Below, piece by piece: positions 39,381 to 48,900 of a stretch of 64,000 nt of DNA. Location of the stretch: positions 32,001 to 96,000 of the forward strand of contig CAXULY010000010.1 of the NCBI GenBank assembly GCA_964252075.1. Reading direction: 5' to 3'. This stretch comes from an uncultured Deinococcaceae bacterium. Its GTDB lineage: Bacteria; Deinococcota; Deinococci; Deinococcales; Deinococcaceae. The translations under genes were made by a program, and so were the position numbers. Position 1 is the first letter of the stretch. Each line of letters begins with the position of its first letter. The notes beneath the pieces are model-generated. The model ran no database searches, was not told the origin of the DNA, and was given only the letters and a program-made list of their open reading frames with translations.

Positions 39381-39898
39381 CGCTCCATCACCAGAAGCAG
39401 CCTGAGCGCTTCGGGTGCCTGTACCACGCCCTGTACGCCATCACGGGCGATGAGCGCGCCCTGCAGTACACCGAGGACATCAGTGAGTTGCGCTTCCACG
39501 CGCGGGCCGTGCAACTCGGCTACCTCCTACTCCCGCTCTACGTGTGCGACGCGCCCCTCGGCGGGCGCTTCGGCATGGGCTGGTGGGACGCCCTGCGCGC
39601 ACGCGTTCCCGCCGCCGAACCCCTCCCCGTCATGGTGAGCATCGAGCAGCGGCACGACCCGCGTGTTCACCACGTGGTTGCCCTGTGCCTCCGCCACGAC
39701 GGGCCCGTGACGGTCAGTGACAGCAGCGCCGACACCTTCCTCACCCTCGACTGGCACACCTTCCAGGCCAGCCCGTACGCCCGCGCGTTCCGCGTGGAGG
39801 GCATCGGCACCACGGACGTGGACGCGTACCCCTATGAGAGCGCCCGTGAACGGTTGACGCAGCTGGACCGCGAGCGCCACCCGGACCTCACGCTCTAA
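39377..39898 (+). CDS. putative C39/papain-fold cysteine peptidase
   Basis: Q8-x5-C14, H99 (HVVAL), D115 (VTVSDS). Confidence 0.55.
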   Translation: MTLHHQKQPERFGCLYHALYAITGDERALQYTEDISELRFHARAVQLGYLLLPLYVCDAPLGGRFGMGWWDALRARVPAAEPLPVMVSIEQRHDPRVHHVVALCLRHDGPVTVSDSSADTFLTLDWHTFQASPYARAFRVEGIGTTDVDAYPYESARERLTQLDRERHPDLTL

Positions 39899-39993
39899 AC
39901 CCGTGGCGGTGCGGGCTGGCCCGCGCGTAAGTCCTGCAGCCCCAAGCGGCCCACCCTGGCGGTGGGCCTTCGCGTTCCCTGGAGGGACAGACC

Positions 39994-40740
39994 ATGAAGA
40001 GAACCCTTGCCCTGACCGCCCTGCTGGCCCTCAAGACGCCCCCGCGCTTCGGTGACGGCGACGACGACAGGTTGACGCGCGCCGAGTGGGAACGCCAGCG
40101 CGCCGCCGACCTCGCCAAGCGCGACATCGGTGAACTCGCCAGCAAGGTCGCTGCTCTGGAGTACGACCTGAAGGTGAAGCGCACGGAGCTTGAGGACACG
40201 CAGAAGAAACTGCCCCAGGAGGGCAGTGTGCTCCTGTCCAAGTCGGACGCGGAGCGGTGGGCGGCGTACCAGACCCTCGGGAAGCCCGACGAGATCAAGA
40301 CGAAGCTGGGCGAGCGCGACACCTACGAGAAGGAAGCAGGCGACCTGCGGCGCGAGAAGCACCTCGGGAAGCTCGAAACCATCGCGAAGGTGAAGATGAG
40401 CGCCCTGCAGCGCGTCGCGCCGGAAGGTGTCACGTACGAGGCCGGGAAGGTCAAGGACAAGGACGGGAACGAGGTGGACGCCGTGCTCGTCAAGGACAAG
40501 GACGGCAAGGACCTCGGTGAGTTGCGCGAGTGGATCGGGAAGACGCCGGAACTCGCGGACTTCAAGGTCGCGCTCTTCACGGACGCCGGGGACAGCCAGG
40601 GCGCTGCACCCGGCAGCACCACCGCTGGCGGCGCGCTGCCGTTCAGCGTCCCGATGGGCGGCGCGGCCTCCGGGCCCGCCTCCCGCACCCCCGCCGACAT
40701 CGCCGCTGAGAAGCGCGCGAGCGGCGAGTACAGCATGTAG
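39994..40740 (+). CDS. capsid scaffolding protein
   Basis: Charged coiled coil with G/P-rich tail; precedes decoration and capsid genes. Confidence 0.75.
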   Translation: MKRTLALTALLALKTPPRFGDGDDDRLTRAEWERQRAADLAKRDIGELASKVAALEYDLKVKRTELEDTQKKLPQEGSVLLSKSDAERWAAYQTLGKPDEIKTKLGERDTYEKEAGDLRREKHLGKLETIAKVKMSALQRVAPEGVTYEAGKVKDKDGNEVDAVLVKDKDGKDLGELREWIGKTPELADFKVALFTDAGDSQGAAPGSTTAGGALPFSVPMGGAASGPASRTPADIAAEKRASGEYSM

Positions 40741-40755
40741 ACAGGAGAGCATCAC

Positions 40756-41157
40756 ATGGCAGACATCACCATCAGCACGCGCTCGTCGGTGGACACCACG
40801 AGCGCGCAGTTCGCCCAGCAGCACGCGGGCAAGGTGCTCGGCGCCGACGTGCTCGCCGGGCAGCCCCTGGAGCTCCGCACGGACGGCAAGGTGTACCCCT
40901 TCGCGGGCACCACCGGCGCGGTGTTCTTCGGCATCAGCCCCCGCAACGCGAAGGCCCTGCAGCCCCTCACCTGCTACGGGCTCAGCACGCAGTTCCACGC
41001 GGCGGAAGGCACCCTCACCATCGGCAAGACGTACTACCTGTCGGACACGGCGGGCAAGATCGCGGACGCCGCGGGCACGAAGGACGCCAACGGCAGCTTC
41101 TTCGCGGTCAGCGTGAACGACCTCATCGTGACGCGCAGCTTCGGGAAGGTGGGCTGA
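40756..41157 (+). CDS. head decoration/cement protein
   Basis: Small beta-rich protein between scaffold and capsid genes. Confidence 0.65.
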   Translation: MADITISTRSSVDTTSAQFAQQHAGKVLGADVLAGQPLELRTDGKVYPFAGTTGAVFFGISPRNAKALQPLTCYGLSTQFHAAEGTLTIGKTYYLSDTAGKIADAAGTKDANGSFFAVSVNDLIVTRSFGKVG

Positions 41158-42281
41158 TGAACCGCAAGTACTTCTTCCTCGGCGCGTTGAGCGCCGCCCT
41201 CGCGTCCGCGCCCCGCGCCGGTCGCACCGGCACCCTCGACCTGCGTGACCTGCAGAACATCACGAACCAGACCGTGCCGCAGTACGGCCTCGCGGACGTG
41301 CAGGCCGCCGTGCAGAACGAGCTCGCCATCCACAACGGGCTGTACCAGGATATGGTGGCGAACCTCGCGGCGCCCGTCCCGGACCGCCAGCTCGCGGACG
41401 CGAGCGGGCAGCTGCTGGACGGCACCATGCAGGAAGTGGACGAGTACGGCCGCGTCCGCACGCAGAAGCCCGGTCCCGTCGGGAAGGTCGGCTTCCCCCT
41501 GCGCCGCTACCAGTTCGGCATCGGCTTCACCGGGGACTACCTGCAGACGGCGACGCCCGCGCAGGTCGCGACCGCCACGCAGAACGCGCAGGCCGCGCAC
41601 CGCCGCCAGCTCATCACGAGCGTCCGCAACGCGCTGTTCAGCCCCGTGAACTACACCTTCGCGGACTTCCTGACGGACAACATGGAGATCCCCGTGAAGG
41701 CGCTGTACAACGGCGACGGCACCGCGCCCACCATGGGCCCGAACGCCGAGGTGTTCGACGGGACGCACAACCACTACCTCGCGTTCACGAGCTTCACCAG
41801 CGCGGGCCTGGATGCGCTCATCAACACGGTTGCGGAACACACGAACAACGCCGCCATCGAGGTGTACATCAACGTGGCGGACGAGACGGCCGTCCGCGGC
41901 TTCACGGGCTTCACGCCCGCCCTCGACTCGCAGATCATCGTGGCGCAGGGCACCGCAATGACCGTGCAGCGCCTCGACACCGGGCGGCAGAACAACCGCC
42001 TCATCGGGCGGTACCGCGGCGCGGACATCTACGTGAAGTCGTGGGTGTACAGCCACTACGCCGTCGCGGTGGACACGAACGCCGCCGTGAAGCCCCTGGG
42101 CCTGCGTGAGCCCACGAACGCGGCCCTGCGCGGCCTGCGCATGGTGGGCAGCATCATCACCTTCCCGCTGCAGAGCGAGTACTGGGGCGCGGAGTTCGGC
42201 ATGGGCGCCCGCAACCGCAGCGCCGCCGCCGTCGCGCAGTTCAACGCGGCGCAGGCCGGCACGTACCAGGACCCCACCTGA
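41157..42281 (+). CDS. major capsid protein
   Basis: 374 aa, position, strongly biased codons, G.G.RNR..A C-terminus. Confidence 0.8.
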   Translation: MNRKYFFLGALSAALASAPRAGRTGTLDLRDLQNITNQTVPQYGLADVQAAVQNELAIHNGLYQDMVANLAAPVPDRQLADASGQLLDGTMQEVDEYGRVRTQKPGPVGKVGFPLRRYQFGIGFTGDYLQTATPAQVATATQNAQAAHRRQLITSVRNALFSPVNYTFADFLTDNMEIPVKALYNGDGTAPTMGPNAEVFDGTHNHYLAFTSFTSAGLDALINTVAEHTNNAAIEVYINVADETAVRGFTGFTPALDSQIIVAQGTAMTVQRLDTGRQNNRLIGRYRGADIYVKSWVYSHYAVAVDTNAAVKPLGLREPTNAALRGLRMVGSIITFPLQSEYWGAEFGMGARNRSAAAVAQFNAAQAGTYQDPT

Positions 42282-42296
42282 GAGGAGCAGTGAATC

Positions 42297-42572
42297 ATGC
42301 CTGACGAAGTGAAGTTCATCAAGGACGGGCGCCTCGTGGACCCGAACGGCAAGGATCTCGGCGCCGCACCGACCCCGAACAGCGAACCCGCGAAGACCAG
42401 CGACGACGGGCGCGGCACGCCGCCGCTTGACCCGGGCACTCCGCCGCAGGCTCCTGAGGACACCCGGACCGTCGCGGAACTCAAGGCCGCGCTGGACGCG
42501 AAGGGCGTGCAGTACGACCAGAACGCGAAGAAGGCCGACCTGCAGGCCCTCGCCGCCGAACACAGCGCGTAA
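42297..42572 (+). CDS. HeH/LEM-domain head protein
   Basis: TVAELKAALDAKGVQY...AKKADL. Confidence 0.8.
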   Translation: MPDEVKFIKDGRLVDPNGKDLGAAPTPNSEPAKTSDDGRGTPPLDPGTPPQAPEDTRTVAELKAALDAKGVQYDQNAKKADLQALAAEHSA

Positions 42573-42584
42573 GGGAGGCCCACC

Positions 42585-42947
42585 ATGCCCCTGGATGACG
42601 CGCAACTCGCGCAACTGCGGGTGCTGGTCGGGCCGTCCGCGTGGACGTACCACCTGAAGATGCCCCCGGACCAGCAGGCGAACGTGGGCGCCACCTTCGA
42701 CGTGCTGCAGAGCATTCCCCTGGTGGCCGCCGAGGTGCTGGAGGCGGCAGGAAACGCCATGCAGGGCAGCGCGGACCCGCAGGTGAAGAAGGACGTGACG
42801 GGGCCACTCGAAACGGAGTACTTCCAGGCGGCCAGCGGTCCCGGCAACGCGTGGCTGCTGCGCGCGAACATGCTGCGCGCCCAAGTCAAATCTGACGCGG
42901 CGAAACGGGCGTACAGCCAGAGCGTCGCTGTGGAGGCGGTCTTCTGA
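42585..42947 (+). CDS. head-tail adaptor (putative)
   Basis: Position; VKK...GPLETEY. Confidence 0.6.
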   Translation: MPLDDAQLAQLRVLVGPSAWTYHLKMPPDQQANVGATFDVLQSIPLVAAEVLEAAGNAMQGSADPQVKKDVTGPLETEYFQAASGPGNAWLLRANMLRAQVKSDAAKRAYSQSVAVEAVF

Positions 42948-42979
42948 CCGGGCCCGGCACGCTCGCGCGGCAAACTCGC

Positions 42980-43354
42980 ATGCGGTCCGGCCTGCTGCGG
43001 CGCCTCGCGAACGACGGGCAGGACCTCCTCATCGCGCGCGCCGGTGACCCCGGGGGGTACGACGAGAACCAGGAGCCCATCCCCGGCCCCGCGAACGCCG
43101 TGAGTGTGCGCGGCATCCTGTACCAACTGGACGCGCAGGAGGCGGGCGCGCGGGGCGCGCAGGTGGGCGTGCCGCTGTGGGAGGCCATCCTCCCGTGGTA
43201 CGCGCCCGTGCGGGAGCCCGGCTTCACCATTGAGCGCCTCGTGAACGGCGTGACGGAGGTGTTCAACCCCATCGGCGTCGCGCAGGATTACGGGGATCAG
43301 GGTGTCGCGTGGAGCCTCACGCTCAGCGCGCCGGACCGCCGTGCCGGGCCTTAG
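42980..43354 (+). CDS. head closure protein (putative)
   Basis: Position and size. Confidence 0.55.
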   Translation: MRSGLLRRLANDGQDLLIARAGDPGGYDENQEPIPGPANAVSVRGILYQLDAQEAGARGAQVGVPLWEAILPWYAPVREPGFTIERLVNGVTEVFNPIGVAQDYGDQGVAWSLTLSAPDRRAGP

Positions 43355-43733
43355 CGCGCTGGGCCGCGCGCGGATCCGGGCGTACCTCGCGCAGCAGCTG
43401 CAGCAGGGCGCGGCGGGTGGCGCCGAGGCGCTGCGTGACGCCCTGAGCCGCCCAGGCAGTGGCGTGCAGTACGCCGGGCAGCCCAACCCGTCCAGCACGC
43501 CGGACGAGTACAGCGCCGAGCAGTCCGGCGACCTCCAGCGCGCCGTGGAGAGCGCCACCACCGGCCCCCTGTCCGCCGCGTTCGGCTTCGGGGTGAACGG
43601 CGGCGAGATCCCGCCACAAGCGGTATTCCAGGAGTTCCGGCCCATCAGCGCGGGCGGCCGCGCGAACCTCGCGAAGGCCGTGCACGACCCCGTCATCCAG
43701 GAGGCCGTGCGCGTGGGCCTCAGGAAGGGGTGA
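43341..43733 (+). CDS. neck/tail completion protein (putative)
   Basis: PGSG..Y...S.P.E..A.QSGDL pattern. Confidence 0.6.
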   Translation: MPGLSALGRARIRAYLAQQLQQGAAGGAEALRDALSRPGSGVQYAGQPNPSSTPDEYSAEQSGDLQRAVESATTGPLSAAFGFGVNGGEIPPQAVFQEFRPISAGGRANLAKAVHDPVIQEAVRVGLRKG

Positions 43734-43734
43734 C

Positions 43735-44130
43735 GTGACGACCATCCACGAGGCGCTGCGGGCCCTGCCCGCACTCGGGAACCGCGTGTACACCCGCGAG
43801 CCGGACGCCGCCCCCCTCGAACCGTACGCGGTCGTGGAGGCGGTGAGCGCGGGCGTCGTGCTGCCCCTGCACGAGGACGCGCACGGGCGGGCGCGGGACC
43901 TCACGAGCACCACGGTGCGCGTCGCGTTGTACGGCCCGGCGCAGGGGGAGCCGGGCAGCCTGCAGGACCTCTTCCGGGCGGCGAAGGACGCGCGCTGGAG
44001 CGTAGACGCCCACCCGGGCCTGCGCGGCTGCGGGCGCGCCACGCTCGGCCCGGCCCTCCCGCCCGTCTACGACCGAGACGCGAAGCGGCCGTTCGCCAGC
44101 CTTCAATTCAGCCTCACCAGCCAGGAGTGA
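43735..44130 (+). CDS. tail terminator (putative)
   Basis: RVY...P......PY.V pattern; position. Confidence 0.55.
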   Translation: MTTIHEALRALPALGNRVYTREPDAAPLEPYAVVEAVSAGVVLPLHEDAHGRARDLTSTTVRVALYGPAQGEPGSLQDLFRAAKDARWSVDAHPGLRGCGRATLGPALPPVYDRDAKRPFASLQFSLTSQE

Positions 44131-44132
44131 CC

Positions 44133-44366
44133 ATGAGCAAGGAACCCGAGAAGAAGCCCGACACCACCCCGCCGGCCGACACCGAGAAGACCGGCAGGAA
44201 GGTCGCGGAGAAGATCACCTGGGCCACCGAGCAGGGCGGGGACTTCCTGCGCGTGATCGGCACGTACCAGGACCACCAGAAAAGCACGGTGGCCGAAAGC
44301 GAAGACGCAGGCAAAGCCGCCATCACCGCCGCGTTCCGCGCGGAATACCCCAAGGAGGGCCTCTAA
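44133..44366 (+). CDS. small phage protein
   Basis: AGGAG RBS. Confidence 0.55.
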   Translation: MSKEPEKKPDTTPPADTEKTGRKVAEKITWATEQGGDFLRVIGTYQDHQKSTVAESEDAGKAAITAAFRAEYPKEGL

Positions 44367-44849
44367 ATGCCGATCGCTGACCCCACGTGGGATCCGAACA
44401 TCGTCGCCGGTACCCGCCGCGCCGCGAAGCTGGAGCTGTGCTTCATCCCCACCGCCACGCCCCTCGTGTGGGACCGCGTGCCGAGCGCCAGTGAGCTCGG
44501 CGCGCCCACCCCGAACAACAACAACGCCGAGCTGCCGCTGTTCTACGACGCGAGCGGCAAGGCCGTCACGCTGCGCGCCATCACCGAGAACGGTGGCAGC
44601 ATGCAGTTCTCGACCGCCGCGCCCGCCAGCAACGCCGTCGTCATCAAGATGTACAGCAAGGTGAACTACTCGACGGACGCGCAGCGCGGGAACCTGCTGT
44701 GGCGCTACACCGCCGCGGACGGCCGCGTGGACCAGGGCCAGGGCCTGCTCACCTACCGAGGTGAGATGGGCAGCGTGAACGACATCCCGCAGCTCGGCTG
44801 GACCATCGAGATCAGCCGCGGCGACTACAACGTGCAGCCCACCAGCTGA
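44367..44849 (+). CDS. major tail tube protein (putative)
   Basis: Position before chaperones; strong codon bias. Confidence 0.6.
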   Translation: MPIADPTWDPNIVAGTRRAAKLELCFIPTATPLVWDRVPSASELGAPTPNNNNAELPLFYDASGKAVTLRAITENGGSMQFSTAAPASNAVVIKMYSKVNYSTDAQRGNLLWRYTAADGRVDQGQGLLTYRGEMGSVNDIPQLGWTIEISRGDYNVQPTS

Positions 44850-44851
44850 AC

Positions 44852-45091
44852 ATGCTGGACCGCGTGGAGCTCACCCGCCGGGGGAAGACCGTTCTGGTCG
44901 CCTTCGGCGTGACCCTCGCGGGCGGCACGCTCACCGCCCAGGCCTTTTACGTGCCTGGGCGGGTGCGGGCCGGAACCCGCGCCAAACACGAGAAGCTCAT
45001 TTTTGCGGTGGACGCGTTCAACCCGGCAAAGGAAACGCCGGGGGGGCGCGGCCTGTACTGGAAGGGCCTGATCCTGCATGGAACTCATTAA
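44852..45091 (+). CDS. small phage protein
   Basis: Operonic ORF. Confidence 0.45.
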   Translation: MLDRVELTRRGKTVLVAFGVTLAGGTLTAQAFYVPGRVRAGTRAKHEKLIFAVDAFNPAKETPGGRGLYWKGLILHGTH

Positions 45092-45404
45092 GGTCGTCGC
45101 GGGTCGTTCCAGCGACCACATCACCCTCGGGGGCGTGGAGTTCGAGGCCGCGCCCCTCATGATTCGCGAGTACGGCGAGTGGCTGGCCCTCGGCGACGCC
45201 GACGGTGGGCGCTCACTCGACGCCCGCGCGGAGTTCCTCGCCGAGAAGCTTCGCAAGCGCGTGAAAGGCACCAAGACGGACCCGGCCACCATCACGGCCG
45301 AATGGATCATGGACAACGTGCCGATCAGCATGCTCAACACGCTGGAGCACCTGTTCATCCACGGGGAGTTGCCCGCCAAGGGTGGTGGGACCCCAAAACC
45401 GTAA
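45078..45404 (+). CDS. tail assembly chaperone (gpG-like)
   Basis: Ends in slippery C CCA AAA just before the stop. Confidence 0.75.
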   Translation: MELIKVVAGRSSDHITLGGVEFEAAPLMIREYGEWLALGDADGGRSLDARAEFLAEKLRKRVKGTKTDPATITAEWIMDNVPISMLNTLEHLFIHGELPAKGGGTPKP

Positions 45405-45922
45405 CGGAGGGTGAGCTGGAGGACATGATCGCGGACGTGATCGGCGTGACCGGCTGGACGTACCCGCAGATCGGCGAGATGACCATGCCGCAGCTTCAGC
45501 TCACCCTCCGCAAGCGCGGCCGGATCCTGTGGCCGCGCGTGGAGCCCATGCAGCGGTACGCCTTCAGCAAGATCAGCAGCGAACCCGTGAAGGAAGGTCA
45601 GCCCAGCCCCATTCAGGAGATCATCCAGGCGCACACGCTGGCGCGGCAGCTCGCGCAGAAGGGCCTGAAGCCCCTCCCGAGCGACAAGGAGCGTGAGCGC
45701 GCGCACGCCTACCGCATCGTGAACGCCGCGTACCTCGGCGACCCGGACGCCCCGCAGGACGCGACCCTCGCGCCGGAAGCGGAACCCATCCCGGGCATGG
45801 CCGCCGCGACCGCGCGAGGCCTCCTGGGCGCCGCGCGGGACGGCCTGCTGCCGGATGACGTGTGGGCGGAGGACCTCGCACCGCTGCTGCACCGCCTGAA
45901 CGCCACGGCGCTTCGGGACTGA
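45392..45922 (+). CDS. tail assembly chaperone -1 frameshift extension (gpGT-like)
   Basis: -1 frame is open from the slippery site (PKTVTEGELEDM...). Confidence 0.75.
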   Translation, partial: PKTVTEGELEDMIADVIGVTGWTYPQIGEMTMPQLQLTLRKRGRILWPRVEPMQRYAFSKISSEPVKEGQPSPIQEIIQAHTLARQLAQKGLKPLPSDKERERAHAYRIVNAAYLGDPDAPQDATLAPEAEPIPGMAAATARGLLGAARDGLLPDDVWAEDLAPLLHRLNATALRD

Positions 45923-45981
45923 AGAACACGAGACCACCCGCCCCGCGCGGGTTTTTGGCTGGACCCCAAAGGGGGTGAAGC

Positions 45982-48900
45982 ATGGCAGAGATCCTGAACG
46001 TGGGCGCGTTCGGCGTCGGCGTGGAGGTCGAGCAGGCCTCCCTCGCCGCCGCCGAGGCGCTCCTCCACCAGCGCCTCACAAAGGGCGTACAGTTGCCCGT
46101 CGGCATCGACACAAAAGCCGCCGAGACGCAGCTCGGGCGTTTCCGCTCGCAGGTGGAGACCCTCAAGCGCGACCTGGCGGGCCTGAACCTCACGGGCCTC
46201 ACCAGCAAGCTGGGCGGCAGCAAGGCCTTCGGGGACCTCGCGCAGGCGCGCGAGCAGATCAAGGGCCTGGAGATGACCTGGGAGGAACTCGGCGCGGTCG
46301 TGAACGCCACCACCCAGCAGGAAGTGCAGGGGTACAAGCGGGTGGGCGCGGAGGCCAGCAACTACCGCAACACCCTGCAGCTGAACCTGCGCCTCCAGGG
46401 CCAGGTGCAGCGCGAGGCGATGGGCGGCGCCGCCGCGCTCCGCCAGGAAGCGAACGCCCTGCGCAACATGTGGCAGAACGGCATGGACGAAGGGGCCGTC
46501 CTGGCGGGCATGCAGCGCCTGAACACCCTCGCCGGGCAGAACATCGCGGTGATCGAGAAGCAGGTCGCCGCGCTGCGCGAGAAGGGCCAGACCGAGGCGG
46601 GCCTCACGGCGCGCGAGGAGCAGCAGCTGCGCGGCCTGATCGCCCTGCAGAACAGCTACAGCGGCGCCCTGAAGACCACCGCCAGCACCATGAACACCAT
46701 CAACGGCGTGATCACGCGCGGAAGCCTCGCGGCGGGCGTGAGCGCCGGGTACCGGGACGCTGCGGCGGGCGTGAAGCTGCTGGGTGACCAGCTGAAGGGC
46801 AACCAGATCACGCAGGCGGAGTACGACCTGCGCATCCGGGGCACCATCACCAGCCTGCAGGGCGAGGTGGCGGCCATCCGCGCGAACATCACTGCGCAGC
46901 AGGAGCGCATCGCGAGCCTGCGCGCCGCCGGGCAGAGCGATGCCGCCGAGGTGACGCAGCTGGAGCGCCTGCAGGCGGCCCTGCGGTCCTACACCGCGAC
47001 GCTCGGCACCGCGACGGCCGCGCAGCAGCGCAACAACGCCACGCGCGCCGGGGCGTTCAACGCGGGCGCGGGCATGAGCGGCAAGCTGAACGGCGCGGCC
47101 CTCGGCCTGAGCTTCGTGTCCCCCGAGGCGGGCATGGTGGCCAGCATGGCCGCGATGGGGCCCGCGACGGCCGCCATGGCGGGCCTGGGCGTCGCCGTGG
47201 CGGGCGTGGTGCACCTCACCAAAGACGGCCAGACCGAAGCGAAGAGGCTTCAGCAGGCCTACCTGGTCATGAGCGCGAACGGCATCAAGAACCTCGACCA
47301 GATCAATGCGAGCCTCGACAGCATCATCCAGAACGGCTCGCAGGCCGAGAAGATGTTCAGCAAGTCGGAGCTGGCCGGGTCCCTCGCGGAACTCGCGCGC
47401 GGCGGCGTGCGCGGCGCGGACGCGCTCACCACCCTGAAGACCAGCACGCAGCTCGCCGCGGCGGAGCACATCAAGCTGAACGTCGCGACCGAGCGCCTGT
47501 ACGCAAACCTGCAGCACCTCGATCTGGGCTCGGACTCCGCCGCGATGTTCGGCGACAAGCTCGCCCGGGCGTCCCACATGAGCCTCGCGAGCATGGACAA
47601 CCTGTCGCGCGGCATCAACGTGCTGGGCGCCACGGCGCACCAGATGGACTTCACGCTCGACGAGATGCTCGCCATGCTGGTGGCCGCCGCGAAGAAAGGC
47701 ATGGATCCCGCCACCATCGGCGCGACCGGCCTGCGCAACGCCATGCAGAAGGTGCTGACCCCCTCGAAGGAAGCGGGGGTCATCTACGAGGAGCTCGGCG
47801 TCAAGATGCGCGACTCCACCGGGCACATGCGGTCCGGGCGGGACATCATGATGGACCTGCAGCACGTGTTCAGCACCACCGAGCCCGTGTACAACAAGCT
47901 CACCGGCACGCTCATCACGAAGACGGACCTGGCGCGCATGGCCTTCCAGATCTTCGGGACGCGCAGCGCCACGGCGTTCCTGTCCATCCTGGGGAACATT
48001 GGGGACCTGACGCACGAGATCCAGGACAGCGAAGGCTTCCTGAACCACTACTCCGGCGAGGTCGTGTCCGGCCTGGAGGGCGCGCAGAAGCGCCTGGACG
48101 CCGCCACGAAGAACCTCAGCCTGAGCTTCTCGAAGACCTTCACGCCCGCCATGGCGGGGGCCACGGAGGCCCTCGCGACGTTCATGAGTCAGCAGGTGGT
48201 GCCCGCCGTCACGAAACTGACGGAGTTCTTCAACCTGCTGGACGGCAAGCACGCGAACGAAATCAACGCCGTGCTGACCATCAAGGCGGGGGACAGCAGC
48301 ACCGAGCAGACCCTGAAGATGCTGGGTGGGCAGATCGTCAAGCTCAACGCCTTCGGGGACAACGCCTCGAAGATGAACGAGGCAAACAGCGTCGTGCAGC
48401 AGCTCATCAACGCGGGCGTGCTGAAGGGGCAGGCGTTCGGCGGGCTCGGCATCGACCCCAAGAGCGGCAAGCTGAACCTCAGCGGCGAGGGCGGCCTCGC
48501 CAGCACCGATCAGGTGAAGTGGGTCGCGGACCACCTGGAGTACTACCGCAAGATGCTGGAGGACGTGAAGCGCAGCCAGCAGGCCACCGGGCCGGACGGC
48601 GTGCAGCACGTCACCATGAACGCCTACGCGAACGCCGGAGCGCAGGGCGGGGACGCCCTCACGAAGGCCTTCATCGGGAAGGTCACCAGCACCGTGGTGG
48701 GCGACCCGAAGATCAACGCGTGGTGCGCGGACGTCGCCAGCCGCATCCTCACGGGCCTCGGGTACCACCTGACGTACAGCAACAACGCCCGGCAGCTGGA
48801 GAAGAACGTGCGCGCGGCGGGCGGGCAGGTCATCAACCCGAAAGACGCCCGGCAGGGCGACGTGGTCTTCTACCACGGCATCGACCCCAGCACGAAGCGG

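Noticed and set aside
39905..39975. Possible HDV-like or twister ribozyme before the scaffold gene
   Set aside because: Stems can be drawn but the catalytic consensus residues are missing
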